DNA of 63,468 bases, the filler included, from Squatina squatina (Eukaryota): NCBI GenBank assembly GCA_031763465.1. It is 4 parts of 4 records of this genome, joined end to end, with 100 filler letters (N's around TTAATTAATTAA, not from the genome) between each part and the next. Parts side by side here need not be neighbours in the genome. Positions count along the whole stretch, not along the records: positions 1 to 17,485 come from JARFOE010000004.1; positions 17,586 to 29,958 come from JARFOE010000194.1; 2 more parts are not named here. One strand, 5' to 3'. Under the pieces are notes generated by a model. It was not told the DNA's origin, searched no databases, and saw only the letters and a list, made by a program, of their open reading frames with translations. The first letter of the stretch is position 1. Each line of letters begins with the position of its first letter. A program made the position numbers and the translations under genes. This document shows, in pieces, positions 11,821-24,700 of this stretch.

Positions 11821-14800
11821 TTTCCACTGAAAATAGCAAGGCGATGTACATTTATAGGAGGCTTAATGGACAATGTAGCTTGTTCATGGATCTATTTGTG
11901 GAGTACATCAGGAATGTAGTCTCAACAAAAAGGTATCACCCAAACTTAACCTATTTTCTCTCAGAGCTAACAGCCCAAATGATCATAGTGCAGCAGTGCT
12001 CTTTAAGCATTCATTCCTCCTACTGATGATTAAAACAGTCTCTAAGTACTGCACCTTCTCCAGGACCATATGTTGGAGAGGGGTATTGTTTATCTCAACC
12101 AGAAGTGTCAAGAAGCTTTCAAAGTGTTGGATTTTATTGCATATCAGCTTCTCTCTTAAATATTCACATTACTGACACGAGTTCACTGTGGATATAAAAG
12201 GAAATGAAAAGACCAATCAGAAGCTGTTTATATCCAGGCAAGGAACTCTACAGCTGCATCTGTGCACAGGAAATACTTAAAGCTTAATCTGTTCATCTGA
12301 TCCTGTCTTTAATGTCAGAATCATTGAAGTCAAATTGAATATCAAATATTCAGTGATTAGTTTATTTTATTTTTTTAAATCCAACATGGCATGCCAAAAA
12401 TGACCAAAGAGTGATTCTCCGTGCTTTGTGAAAAAGTAATATATTAGAAATGGTGGGGCAAGTTATACATGCTTATATTTAAAGCATGAACAAGTGCTGT
12501 TATAAATTTGTGAAAATTCAGCAATAAAATCATTCACTTGGTGTTAGTTATGTAAGTACAGCAGATCTTATTCTCTTCCAACTAAATGTAATACATAAAA
12601 TGCCACTTAAGATCCAGACTGAAAAATCCTTCAATACATGTGGCAAAATTTAAAATTAATTTTGATTAAAATAAACTCTTTAATCATTCCCTATAACACG
12701 TAACTAGTTTAGAATTATTAATTTAATTTAATANNNNNNNNNNNNNNNNNNNNNNNNNNNNNNNNNNNNNNNNNNNNNNNNNNNNNNNNNNNNNNNNNNN
12801 NNNNNNNNNNNNNNNNNNNNNNNNNNNNNNNNNCCCAAGTAGTATATCATTTGTAAAAAAAAAACAACTATGTAAAATCCAGCAAAAAGTTTACAAAAAT
12901 GGGAATGTGTTCACCAGATGGCACGTTATTTCCCATACACAAATGATGTAAGGCAAAGACTCAGATCATAGGGAGTGTGGACTCACTCCTGGAAGCTGCC
13001 TTTTGAGATAAAAATGTGGAGAAATTGCTGGGAATAAGGCCGAATTGTAATGGTATGTAAGAGCTTCTGTGCCAATGAAACAGAAGTGGCAAGGAACATG
13101 CAGGAATATATGAATCTCTTTCTGGAGAATTTGGATTATGTTACACAGATTGTAAGTACTTGCAATCAACAATGGAGATCAAGGAGCTTGTCTGCCAAGC
13201 GGCTCGGGTCACAGTGTATGAAATAAATGGAAGGGGTGGGGGATACAGAGGTCCACTGACTGTTGTACTGCAGGGTTATTTCTATACAGGTTTATTGGAA
13301 TGGAGAATGAGAAAGAAAAGATTCTGGCACCATAATGTTTTGCAATTTGATAGGTGATGCGTTAGAGGGAATGTTTTTAGGGTTTTGTTTATCTAGATTG
13401 GATACAGCATCATTGATTGTTCCTGCAGATACACATTCACTTTCTCTTTCCCAGAGAGTGCTTTCACTTGCCCAGATTTCTGTGCGAATTTGTAGTGTGC
13501 CCAGGTATTGAACTTTGTTTTGGCTTATTGGTTTTATCACATGCCTTCGCATGATCTTCATCGACTTCAGGAAACAGCCAAATTACTTCAGCAGATGACC
13601 AAATAAAGCTACAGACTGTAACTTCAGCTTATACTACCAAACAAATTTACTAAACAGTAAAAGAATAAATGAACTGTAGCAGCTATTGTATCAAAGATAT
13701 ACTGGGACATGTTTGCTATGGGTGAAGCTGATTCTTATGTTATGGCAAAATGTTAAAAAGCCAATACCATGCTGAATCTTAGACAAAAAGACTTTGTCAT
13801 AGGGAACTTTCTCACTTTGGCAGTGGGAGAATATTTCTGTGGTAGACCATCGCTGTCATGATTAATACCAGCAGAATGTGAAAGATACATTCAAATTATT
13901 CTAAATTCTGCAGTTATGAGTTGATTCCATGTTGAGTAGTGAAGATATGTTCCAAATGATGGTACCACCTCAATGGTTTTCTCGGTCCATGGCCTGATTT
14001 GAGCGATGATTGCTTTTGGTGGTGAGAGGTGAGAGTGAATCCCAGAGGAGAATGAATAATTCACTTCTGAATGATGGATGTCTGGTTGAACAAGCATATC
14101 TGGAAATAAATCATTTCTTTTCAAATAATAGGGACTGAGAGAGGTCAGGGGTCATCATACAGAAACAGCTGAAAACAGCATTCTGTAAAGATTTATGTTA
14201 TGCAGCTCGCAAAAAGAATTCAAAAGGGGTTAGGGGGGTGGAAATATCAAATGTCACAGGAGAGGGTTTGAAGGTTGTAAATCCTACAGCAAAGTACAGC
14301 TTTGCAACAATTAATGAAGGCAAAATTTCCCCTGATCTCTTTACTGACAGAGGAAGCTCAGCACACCAGGCAAATATTTCACGCTGAAATGTAAAATTGG
14401 TAAGCTGCTGGTTCTCCTATATACAAGGTCAAAGCTGCCACCTCCATACCAATGGTTCAGAATAAAAATGGAGCANNNNNNNNNNNNNNNNNNNNNNNNN
14501 NNNNNNNNNNNNNNNNNNNNNNNNNNNNNNNNNNNNNNNNNNNNNNNNNNNNNNNNNNNNNNNNNNNNNNNNNNNAGCATCAGCAGTATTTTGCTTTTGC
14601 AGCCAAGAGATAAATGTGGTCTCGTCTGCCAAATAATGTGGCAATTAGCACACCCATCACTATGGTGAAGTAAGGAAATTAAATTCAAATGGGTTTCATT
14701 AACCATAGTCTACAGAACTTTCAGTTTGAGTTTACAGCTGCAGAATGGTGGGGCAACTCCTTATGGCAGTTAAGGTTATGAAGTCACTGATCCTTGGGGA

Positions 14801-16034
14801 ATGAGCTAAGTTAAAGGAAGGCATATTATTGACTGTTTTCATTTTGATTGAGCATCTGCACGACAGAAAGGGAGCAGGCCACGGCTTGTTGCATCAAGCA
14901 GTGAGAATGTGGGATTCCCATTACACCAGAGATGCAATGTGTTTTTTTGCACCTTGGTTTTCCTTGTTGTTATTTTGTAATTCTCTTCATTGTTTCTATA
15001 GAATCAATAATTGAAGAGCTGCACCATACATGTCAGAAGACACTGTTTGATTAATGAAGAAGCCTGCAGTCGTGCTCCAGTGACGTTATTTAAGGAAGAT
15101 TGCCATTCACCATCCTACCTTGTTATGAGGGTAGTTACCTAAGGGAGATTCCAAGTTTGTCCACTACCCAGCACTATTACAATATAGCTGGCCTGTTTTC
15201 AACTATTTTGAAATTCAACCTCTGTTTTTTTATAAACTCCAGCTAAGCAAAGCTCAGAAAAATTTGAGTTGAAGAAATCCAAATGATCTGCACCTTTAAT
15301 CAACATTAATCATTCATCTCCCAGGACATCCTCATAATCTTTCAGCATAAAATGATCATGTGGGACAAATATATATTTTTGGAGCCCGTAAGAAATAACC
15401 CATTCCTATTACAGTTAATAGAAACATAGAAACATAGAAACATTAAGCCTGAAGGCCTAGATATTCTCAGAGACTGCGCAAAATTTGTGCTCGCAGCTCA
15501 TTATAATGAGTCAGACATGCAGCCAACACTACCTATTGCTNNNNNNNNNNNNNNNNNNNNNNNNNNNNNNNNNNNNNNNNNNNNNNNNNNNNNNNNNNNN
15601 NNNNNNNNNNNNNNNNNNNNNNNNNNNNNNNNNNNNNNNNGGGGGGGGGGGGGGGGGGGGGGCCCAGGCCTGGGCGGGGTGTGGCAGGCCAGGGCCAGGC
15701 CAGGACAGGACCCCTGGTGAGTGGCTGAGGAGACATGGCTTGGGTCTGTGGAGGGGATAGGCAAGCCTAGCCCAATGCTGGCAGGCGCTGGAGTTGGGAA
15801 TGATGACCCATGCAAATTAGGACCCCTCCCACTGACCCCAGAAATGTCAGTGGAGAACTGTACCAGAAGACACGATCCTGGCCTAATGGGCAGGATTGCT
15901 CATAAGGATTTTTGGGGCCAGCAGATTCTGGCAACCCATTGGGAAATAGCACTTTTAAAGGGGAGATGTATTGAGGCTGGAGCAGGTGCTGGGAGTCATG
16001 GTTGAAATGATTCTGACCTGGGAAAGAGTGAAGA

Positions 16035-16207
16035 ATGGCACAACAGGGGAGAGCGCGGTTTTCAGATGTTGCACTGAAGGTCTTGGTGGAGGAGGTGGAA
16101 AGGAGGAGAGATGACTTATATTTACAGGGGGTAGGAGGCTCTCCAGACACACAGTCAAAAGGAAGCAGAAAGCTGTGGAGGTCAACGCCAGGAGCCAAGC
16201 CCTAAGG
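16035..16207 (+). mobile_element. Harbinger Myb/SANT-like (trihelix) ORF remnant
   Basis: MAQQGRARFSDVALKVLVEEVERRRDDLYLQG, then a frameshifted ..AVEVNARSQALR. Resembles the DNA-binding protein of vertebrate PIF/Harbinger elements. Confidence 0.6.
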
Positions 16208-16209
16208 CT

Positions 16210-16463
16210 GCTTCCTACCTTCCTCTTCTTCATCCTCCTCCTGCTCCTCGTGATCCTACTCCTCAGCTCCTCACCGTATAGCTGGCGGCAAGGGCTACCC
16301 CCTCATGAAGGCAAGGTTGTGCAGCATGCAGCAAACTACTATGAATCTTGACACCTACTCTGCCAAGTAATGCATGACTCTTCTAGAACAGTCCAGGTGG
16401 CAGAAGCGTTGTTTCAGCATGCCAATGGTCTTCTCTATCACATTTCATGTGACAGCATGGCTC
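16210..16463 (-). mobile_element. Harbinger DDE transposase C-terminal remnant (HARBI1-like), decayed
   Basis: Minus strand SHAVT*NVIEKTIGMLKQRFCHLDCSRRVMHYLAE*VSRFIVVCCMLHNLA matches the R-x-x-I-E-R-x-x-G-x-L-K-x-R-F...C-C-x-L-H-N motif of Harbinger transposases. Has in-frame stops and a GAG-rich acidic tail. Confidence 0.8.
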
Positions 16464-17267
16464 NNNNNNNNNNNNNNNNNNNNNNNNNNNNNNNNNNNNN
16501 NNNNNNNNNNNNNNNNNNNNNNNNNNNNNNNNNNNNNNNNNNNNNNNNNNNNNNNNNNNNNNNTCAATATTTTATTTGGCATGTTACTGAAAAATAGTAC
16601 AGAGAGTGCAAATCAGGAATGAGACGGCAATAATAAATGTCCCGGGCCTGATTTCCTATGATGTAGAAGAACTTGTATTTATATACCTTATTCCATGTCC
16701 TCAATACATTGCAGAAAGCTTTGCAGGCGATCATTTTTGTTGTCGTAACTGTTGTTACGTAGGCAAATGTGACCGTTAATTTGTTGACTCTCAGTACTGC
16801 ACTGCAGCATCATGTGAGATTGTGTAGTGAACTCTTCGAGTGGGCCTTGAACCCACAACATTCAGACTCCGAAGTGAGCATGCTATCATTGAGCCAAATG
16901 AATTATTTCCTACATGTGTATTAACAGAATGTGGCAACACAATTGGGTAGTTGAAGGCAAAAAGAAATTAGTGCAAAACATAAGGGGGTAGATTTTACAA
17001 TTTAACTCCTCTGGTGCAGAGCGCTGCGCGATGGGAACGCACATTGGGAACTCTGGTGTGTAGGTCAGTGTGCCAACTGTGTGGCCCGTGTTGCACACAA
17101 CCATCTGCCGAGAGGACCACATTGCAAAGCCTACCCTACAATCTTTAAATTGAGAGATTAATTTAGTAAAAACATACAGAGATTTGTATCGGAAGTCTTT
17201 TTTTAAAAAGTGAATTAAGATGGGTTATTTTGTAATTATGCTCTTGAGTGTTTTTTTTGTGTTACAG

Positions 17268-17385
17268 ATTCAGTGGTCAGAGCCATGGCTGATTGGGCTG
17301 CTAGCTTTTCATGCCCTTTGCTTCATACTTACCCTGACAACAATTAAATTCTACAGACTGCAGATCGCCCATTTCCTTTTTATGA
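17268..17385 (+). CDS. TMEM18: Transmembrane protein 18, internal coding exon (exon 2 equivalent)
   Basis: ttacag|ATT...ATG A|gtaagt. IQWSEPWLIGLLAFHALCFILTLTTIKFYRLQIAHFLFM closely resembles TMEM18 (DWTEPWLMGLATFHALC...YRLQIGHFL). Confidence 0.9.
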
Positions 17386-17529
17386 GTAAGTTGTTTTTAT
17401 GTTTGTATAGGTGTGAGAAATGTAAGAATGAGATTGCAGTGGGCATTTAGTCAGGGTGTAGGACCTCACAAAACACTTGTGTGGANNNNNNNNNNNNNNN
17501 NNNNNNNNNNNNNNNNNNNNNNNNNNNNN

Positions 17530-17541
17530 TTAATTAATTAA
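17530..17541. other. Artificial scaffold-concatenation spacer TTAATTAATTAA (six-frame stop)
   Basis: 12-mer flanked by 44 N on each side (100 bp total). Identical spacers at 30003 and 51052. Confidence 0.95.
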
Positions 17542-18198
17542 NNNNNNNNNNNNNNNNNNNNNNNNNNNNNNNNNNNNNNNNNNNNCTAGCCACAAAAATT
17601 TATAGCTGTAGACTACTAATGGTTAGCAATTAAATAATCAATGCATTCCTCTCCCCAATGCCTAATGTAATTCTGCCAAGGGTCATGCAACAAACATATG
17701 TCATCAGCACAATTGTTATAAGGTTATGAGGCAGTGACATAATCATCAAATATTCGTGAATCATTGGATAAACTAAAATAAGGTTTCATTAGTTAGGTTG
17801 CAATTAAATATTATTTTAATCAATTAAATGGAGATTGTGTTTAAGATAAATGACAACCCCAAAGTTAGGGTCACAATGAGGCCTTGCCCACCAATAATTG
17901 GCACTTTGCTTTATTCTCAAAACAAATGTATATTCATTCCCATCACATTTAAAGGATACCGTTTTCACTTACATTTTTACTTCTTAAAATAACATTGCAT
18001 ACAGTGAAACAGAGAGCCAGAGAAATTTTGTACAGTGCAAGAATTCCAAATGATGGTCATCAAACTGCCAGAACAACACCAAGAACATTTAAATTAAGCC
18101 ACACTGTTTGACTGGAAAACTTTCCCGCCTTTAGCCATATGGGGAATGGTCCACACATCAAAGGGGAGAGAGTAGCTGGGGTTGGGGACCTTGCATCT

Positions 18199-18287
18199 TC
18201 AGGCATTTTCCTCGGTGGCCTTCTTTTCATCACCTTTAACTTCTTCATTTTGGGCACTTTCAGAGGGTTTACTTTCGTCTGCAGAAT
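18199..18287 (-). CDS. GAP43: GAP-43/neuromodulin last coding exon (exon 3)
   Basis: Acceptor tcctttttcag|AT. (D)SADESKPSESAQNEEVKGDEKKATEENA* resembles the GAP-43 C-terminus (DAVDETKPKESARQDEGK...QEHA). Its phase 1 matches the exon 2 donor. Confidence 0.88.
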
Positions 18288-18392
18288 CTGAAAAAGGACA
18301 AATTTATTATGACAGAATCATATCACTGATAACTGAAATTTTTAAACTATAAATTTGTATTATCGTTATTCACGAAAGTGAGGCAGACATCA

Positions 18393-18852
18393 GGGCGGAG
18401 ATGGTAATTCCAATACTATGCTAGTGCCAGAACTTCCGGGGTTGGCGAAGAAAATCCCAGCACTGGAGCCCTACTGCCCCGGCGCAGCGGTAGGGAATTT
18501 CACCCCCTTTCAGCATTTACTTTGTGCAGCTAAACATTGGGAAGACGAGGTGGGGGCCGCCATTGGTTGGCCAACCAAAGAAAAGGATGATGGCCGACGG
18601 TGCAAAGACCCTCCCCTTTAAGGCCTGCTGTACTGAGAAACTGTCGGTGCTTTGTGTCCTGTAAGGGATCGGCGCGCACAATTATGACATGCCACGCTGG
18701 CGAGGCGAAAAGGCCCTTGTGCCTCTGGGACGTCCCAGGGAATTTCCTAGGAGGTGAGATCGCCACCCCACCATGGCAAAATTCCATTTTTTGCCCCATT
18801 AGCACCCCTTTGAGGTGCTAACAAGGTGAAAGAAAAGTGGAATTTTGCCCCC
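18393..18852. mobile_element. GC-rich non-autonomous TIR element, Harbinger-like, in GAP43 intron 2
   Basis: CpG-rich island ending GAATTTTGCCCCC-TAA, similar to the end of the element at 700-1436. Left TIR is weak. Confidence 0.4.
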
Positions 18853-18929
18853 TAAAACTAGAATTTTCCACTACCATCACAAACTCCATTTTCTTTTCAC
18901 CAACTCTGTCACCTTGTTGTCTACTGTCT

Positions 18930-19124
18930 CAGAGCATTCTTGAAGAGATTGAGTAGATTGGGCCTATACTCTCTGGAGAATGAGAGGTGATCTCATTGAA
19001 ACATATGATACTGGAGGGGATTAACAGGGTAGATGCTGAGAGGCTGTTTCCCCTGGCTTGAGTGTCTAGAGCTAGGGTGAATGGTCTCAGGATAAGGGGT
19101 TGGACATTCAAGGCTGAGATGAGG
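18930..19124 (+). mobile_element. CR1 LINE fragment
   Basis: gagattgagtagattgggcctatactctctggag...agaggtgatctcattgaaacatat, the CR1 RLGLYSLE..RGDLIETY region. Confidence 0.75.
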
Positions 19125-20072
19125 NNNNNNNNNNNNNNNNNNNNNNNNNNNNNNNNNNNNNNNNNNNNNNNNNNNNNNNNNNNNNNNNNNNNNNNNNNNN
19201 NNNNNNNNNNNNNNNNNNNNNNNNCAGTCAGTGAAGAATTTGTGAAGTGAAATGTAGTACTTTATATCCCTGTCTGCAAACAACATTATACTGCACATCT
19301 TCCAATAAATCAGAGAGCAGGGCAGCAAGGGAATGAAACTGTAGTTTAATTGCAGAGCATGTCTCAGACTGGCTAGACTGTTCAGTTGCCATAGTGACAT
19401 AATGCCATTGGTTGGTAGCTGAGGAGTCCCTGGAGACTGGGTGCTTCATTTAGTTTTCAAATTTAATCTTAAAGATACAGTAGAAGCATCTGCTGTGAGG
19501 GGCTGGTGACATATTCATTGACTCTGTTACCAAGGTAACACTAAATGCCAGCCATTTTGCTGTCAAGTCATTTATATTGATGTTATCTCTTTATACCTTA
19601 CAGCCCAGATCTCTATTTTAAGACATATATCCTTTAAATTTGCTTTATCTATGGTTAGTTGAAATTTAGTAGATATTTATTTATTGTTTTCTGAAAGGGA
19701 ATGTTTTCCCAAATGTCTTTACATTGTATCTACTCTTAATTGCCAACTAGGATGACACTGGATTGTCCCAGTGTCATCAACCCAAATAAAAATAATTGAG
19801 CAGAAGTGTTTCCTTTTGAAAGGGGCACAATGACCGCCCAAATTATATATAAGAAAAAGGGAATCAAATTAAATATTTTTACCTGCATCGACTAAGCACG
19901 CTAGTGCAACCGGTCACGAAAGGTCTCAAGTGTATCTTCTCCAGAACCACGTGAGTGCAGACACAGCCGTGGNNNNNNNNNNNNNNNNNNNNNNNNNNNN
20001 NNNNNNNNNNNNNNNNNNNNNNNNNNNNNNNNNNNNNNNNNNNNNNNNNNNNNNNNNNNNNNNNNNNNNNNN

Positions 20073-20235
20073 GCTAGACAAGCATATGAGGGAGAAGGGA
20101 ATAGAGGGTTATGCTGATAGATTTAGATGAGGAAAGACGGGAGGAGGCTTGAGTGGAGCATAAACGCCGGCATGGACTGGTTGGGCCGAATGGCCTGTTT
20201 CTGTGCCATATATCCTATGTAATGCTATGTCATCC
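20073..20235 (+). mobile_element. CR1 LINE 3' terminus
   Basis: Near-identical to 2123-2272 (gctagacaagcatatgag...ggttgggccgaatggcc), ending in ATCCTATGTA-type tail repeats. Confidence 0.85.
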
Positions 20236-21301
20236 TAAGATCCAAACTAATTAGAGATCCCACATTGAGGCTGATAAATCACCCTGAACACTTGTTACTT
20301 GTATAATGTGGTCGATACAAGTTTGTTTTCCATGCTGCAGCTGGTGGAGTGTCGTTGACATTGTGTTGGGGTGCTTCCAGAAAACGAGTTGAGAGTTTAT
20401 AATGAATAACAATGGCCATGTGAAATAGGAACATCGCAATGGGTAATATCAGGGATGACAACTTACAGGAGAATTGTGCATGCTCATGGGAGGATGTCCA
20501 GACCAGCACAATCTTCTAAAGTACAAGGGGTTAATTGGTAAATTGCAAGTTATCATAAGTGGTTCGTGAACCACTTTTAAGACATAAACAATCTAATAAT
20601 CTTGATAGTAACATACCAACGCTTGTCTCTTACCTGATTTTGCATTGTGTTTTTACTTGTCTTGGGGATCTTGCAAAAACATTTTGAGCTGTGTCAATTG
20701 GCAGCTGTAATATTTCAAACCTGATCTGTTCTATTTTGTAGAGAAAAAGCAACAGGTGCAGAACTGGGAATCCCTACTTGAAGCCAAAAGTGTTGCTGCA
20801 GTTGCATGGGAGTTTATATACATATACATGCGTACCTCTCTGTCACGCTCATATATATATATATATATATATATTCACAGCACCACTGTTGAGGCTGACT
20901 CAAAAAATCAGGTTACAATAAGGCTGTTGAGTGGATATCTTTACTCTATTAAAGTGCTGACCATTCATTCTGTAAGCAATCTGATTTGAACCTAAAATTT
21001 ATAATGATTATTCAATGATGAATGGCAGACAGTTTATAATTTTTTTAGTTGCAATGATTGGCTTCTTGAAACAAAATTTATTGTTGATGAAAATGTAACA
21101 GTATTACCACAAAAAAATATATAATTTTGAGTATGTTTCTATATTGCAGTCTGGAAAGTCACTGAAAATTGCTATGTCATTTATAATTTTAATGTTAATC
21201 AATAGATGTTTTAAAAATAAAAGAAAAACCAGTATTTCTACACTTTTGTAATACAGACAGCTTCTAGATCTGCANNNNNNNNNNNNNNTTACATTTCATA
21301 C

Positions 21302-21758
21302 CTGTTTTCTCTGGTGCTGTGCGACCAGCAGCTGTCTCAGTTTGGACTTTTGTTGCTGCTTCACTGGCCTCAGCGGTGGGCACTTCTACTTGTTTCTTCT
21401 CCTTTTCCTGGCTGGAGGTGACATTTGAAGATGGAGTGCTTTCAGTGGCAGTACTTGCGCCGCTTCCTGTTTCCTTGGCATCCTTTTCACCATTTGCGGA
21501 CTTTTCATCTGTCGCAGCTGGCGTTGCTTTCTCCAAGTTTTCCGTGGGAGCCTCTTTTGCCTTCTCCGCATCTGAGGGGGGTGCTTCAGGATTGCTTGCC
21601 GCCTTCTCTGCCTCTTCTGTTTTCCCTTCTGAACCAGATGTAGCTGGTTCTGTTGCCGTTGCCTCTTGCTCCTTGGTAGCCTCTGTTTTTTTAGCATCTT
21701 TTTTCTCTGCACCCTCCGCCTTCGTTGCCGCAGCTGACTCTCCTTTCTTCTCCCCCTT
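21302..21758 (-). CDS. GAP43: GAP-43/neuromodulin exon 2, 5'-truncated (IQ motif not present)
   Basis: KGEKKGESAAATKAEGAEKKDAKK...STATESTPSSNVTSSQEKEKKQVEVPTAEASEAATKVQTETAAGRTAPEKT|G. Matches GAP-43 KGEKKGD... and KQADVPAA...AATK motifs. Donor ACA G|gtatga. Confidence 0.88.
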
Positions 21759-24700
21759 TCATTCCCCCCCATTCAATCCCTTCTCTTCCCCTTTGATTCC
21801 CTCCCTCCCTTACCCCCTTTTGATTCCCTCTCCTCTCTCCTCCTCCCCTCCCTCACTCTCNNNNNNNNNNNNNNNNNNNNNNNNNNNNNNNNNNNNNNNN
21901 NNNNNNNNNNNNNNNNNNNNNNNNNNNNNNNNNNNNNNNNNNNNNNNNNNNNNNNNNNNNTGTGGCACTTGCAATATGCATTGGACAGGTTTTGTCTGGT
22001 GTGGTCCAAATACATGTTTAGGAGTGTGCTATGTCTAAAAGTGTTTCACTTTTTTAGAAAAAAAGCCCACAGGGTATTGAGGACAGAATTTAAAAGCCTT
22101 GAAGAAATGGAGTGCACTTTCATTGATTTGAGTAAAAGATGAATTTGACAAAGCCAAACAGCAAGATAGCTTCTTCAAAGCAAAACATTATGTTTTGAAG
22201 CTTCTATTATTAAATGCATAGAAACAGCATTTGTACATAACAATACCTGTTATGTCATAAATGTGGATGTTAAAATGTTCAGGCATTAGTTGTAATCAAA
22301 ACAACCTTTAAAAGGCTTATAGTATGAACCGTGATATTTTAAAATGTCATGCCCTCATGGATTTAAAGAAAATCAATGAATGTGATGTGAATAAAATCTG
22401 ACCTATGAGAGGAAAGCTTGACTATCTCCCTATAGCATTTTTAAACAAAGATTGAGGGCAGGCGCCTAGATTGTAGCATTGTTGATTGATTGCCTTTGGT
22501 CAAGGATCCAAAATTGTCAGAATGGAATTAACTTACGGAGAAAAATGGTCAAAATGCAAGAGCAAGACATCTGCACATTTTTAGGTTCACAGACTGAAAC
22601 CTTTGCAAAAGGCTAGGCTCAGCTGGGAGCTCTGTGTTAGCAGGTTGTCAGAGTTCTTAGCGACTTATTGAAGGTGCGGCGGGGGAGCGAGGGGGTGCAC
22701 TTATCGGGAAAGCCTCAGTTGCTATTGTAGTGATTGTATTTAGGTCATTTGATTCTTGGTATCAAACATAGACTGCTCAGCAAAATTGGGCATAACAGCA
22801 GATATTGACTAATGTTCTTTTAAAGAGAAAATGTATTCAAGGCATTTTGAACAGTATGGCCGTCGTATAAGAACCTTTCTGTCATCAGTAGCAAAGATCA
22901 AACCTTACTTCATAATCTATAGGTCCCTGAAATGGGCACAGATTAATTCACAAATATCTGAATTCACACAATTCAAGATATTTATCCAATCTTCCAGAGG
23001 CTTTTCCAGTCATGATGAGTGACTGGTGGGGAGGGAGCTGAACAACCTTTGTTTATATTCATTTCTCCAGTCCAAGGAGGGGGGCAATCTCAGCCCCTAG
23101 CTATTTGGTAGCAGAGTATATGTCTGTGCTTCCTGTGAGTATTGAGTTGGAGGAGAGAATTATCTATTTAATTCCTGGCAAAATAACAACCACTAGGTAG
23201 GCATGTTACCCTGTGGACAAGGAAAGGTCACATGCTAGTGAGTGCTATTAGAATCAAATCTCTGGATTGTTCTTATCAGATAGTTTGGATTCTCACCATT
23301 GCTGCTTTGTCTTTGAACTGCCCCAACTGGATGTGATAGCGCGATCAACATCACAGTGTGTGAATATGTATAAACAGAAGTTTCTCACTGCCAGCCAGGA
23401 TCTCCTGGTGATACAGCCCTTTTAAACTGGCAACCTGATTTAGCTAATTGGTCCCTTCACTCATGTCAGTGCAGCTGGTAGGAAGAGTACATCNNNNNNN
23501 NNNNNNNNNNNNNNNNNNNNNNNNNNNNNNNNNNNNNNNNNNNNNNNNNNNNNNNNNNNNNNNNNNNNNNNNNNNNNNNNNNNNNNNNNNNNNAACATGA
23601 GCGCATATAAACAACATGTTAGATCTATTGTGTAACAAAAGCTCATCACATAGCACAAAGGTTTACATCATCAGTATGATTCAGAAATGATGATGTAAAT
23701 TCTCCAGAGGGCTGGCAACCCACTTTCTTCCAGATACAGAGAGCACTCCCTACATCCTCAGTCTTACAGAAATAACAATTACCCTGTAATGCAATTAAGA
23801 TTGCCCAGAAGTCAGCCTTTTATTGTCTTTTTGGGCTCTCCTTTTGCAGTCATGTAATGAATGATTAGAAAACCTTTTTTTTTTGCTTAATCAAGCTTTC
23901 TTGCCCAGTTGCTAACAGATGACTACAGATGTTAGAAACACTTAAAAATTCACTAGTCATCACTTTATTTGGGTACTTTGAACTATTATTGCTCCCCGCC
24001 CTAACATTTTTTCTCTCTTTTTAAAGGCAGCAATCAAAAGGAATTTTCCAGTACAGAACAAAGCTTTCCTATAAAGGTGGATTGGCAATGCTTAGGACAG
24101 CTAAATGTTGGTTGAACATCTCAGGCACCTGAACTGAGTCCAGGCCAAACCATAGGGGATGAATTGAACTAAGAACTAATGAATGCACTGCTGTGCATTA
24201 TTGATGATTAATAAATACTGGGATTAATTCAGGCATAAAGCAAAGACCAGTCACTCAGTGCACACTTTCTCTTTTATTGCAGTCGAAGCCTTTTTATGGG
24301 AGTACTCTATGGCAAACAAAATACTCCCTTTTCAAATCGTTTCTATTAATTAGCCAGTGGAGAATGCATGAGACAGAGTCAGTGCACAATCAAATGTTTA
24401 AATGCTCCCATTTAGCACCCATTAATTGGTGTATAATATTATTACATTTAAAAAATACGCATATAATCCATTCCAGTTTTAAATTTATGTGTTTTTAAGC
24501 GAGGGCTTCTCTAACAATTTGCAGTTCAGCTTTTGAAAGAAAGATTTTTGAGATTTGTACAATAATGTATCTCTCTCAGCAAATCTGATTTCAGAGATAA
24601 TATCGTCTGAATTTAGGGGTGAGGCAATGGATGTACTTTAAACAACATTGACAGCATCAGACTCTAAATTAAATTTTATCTTATCCATCAGTTTAAAATA

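Noticed and set aside
10346-11919. Long ORFs (274-435 aa), Pro/Ser/Leu-rich or Gly/Glu/Arg-rich
   Set aside because: Artefacts of a C/T low-complexity tract that lacks stop codons and spans an N gap.
12966-14124. Several short minus-strand ORFs with possible splice signals
   Set aside because: No recognisable protein, and the frames are interrupted by stops.
15641-15662. 22-nt poly-G run as a G-quadruplex
   Set aside because: Sits directly at a contig edge and may be a sequencing artefact.
21319-22038. 239-aa + strand Ala/Ser-rich ORF
   Set aside because: Antisense shadow of GAP43 exon 2 plus low-complexity sequence and a gap.
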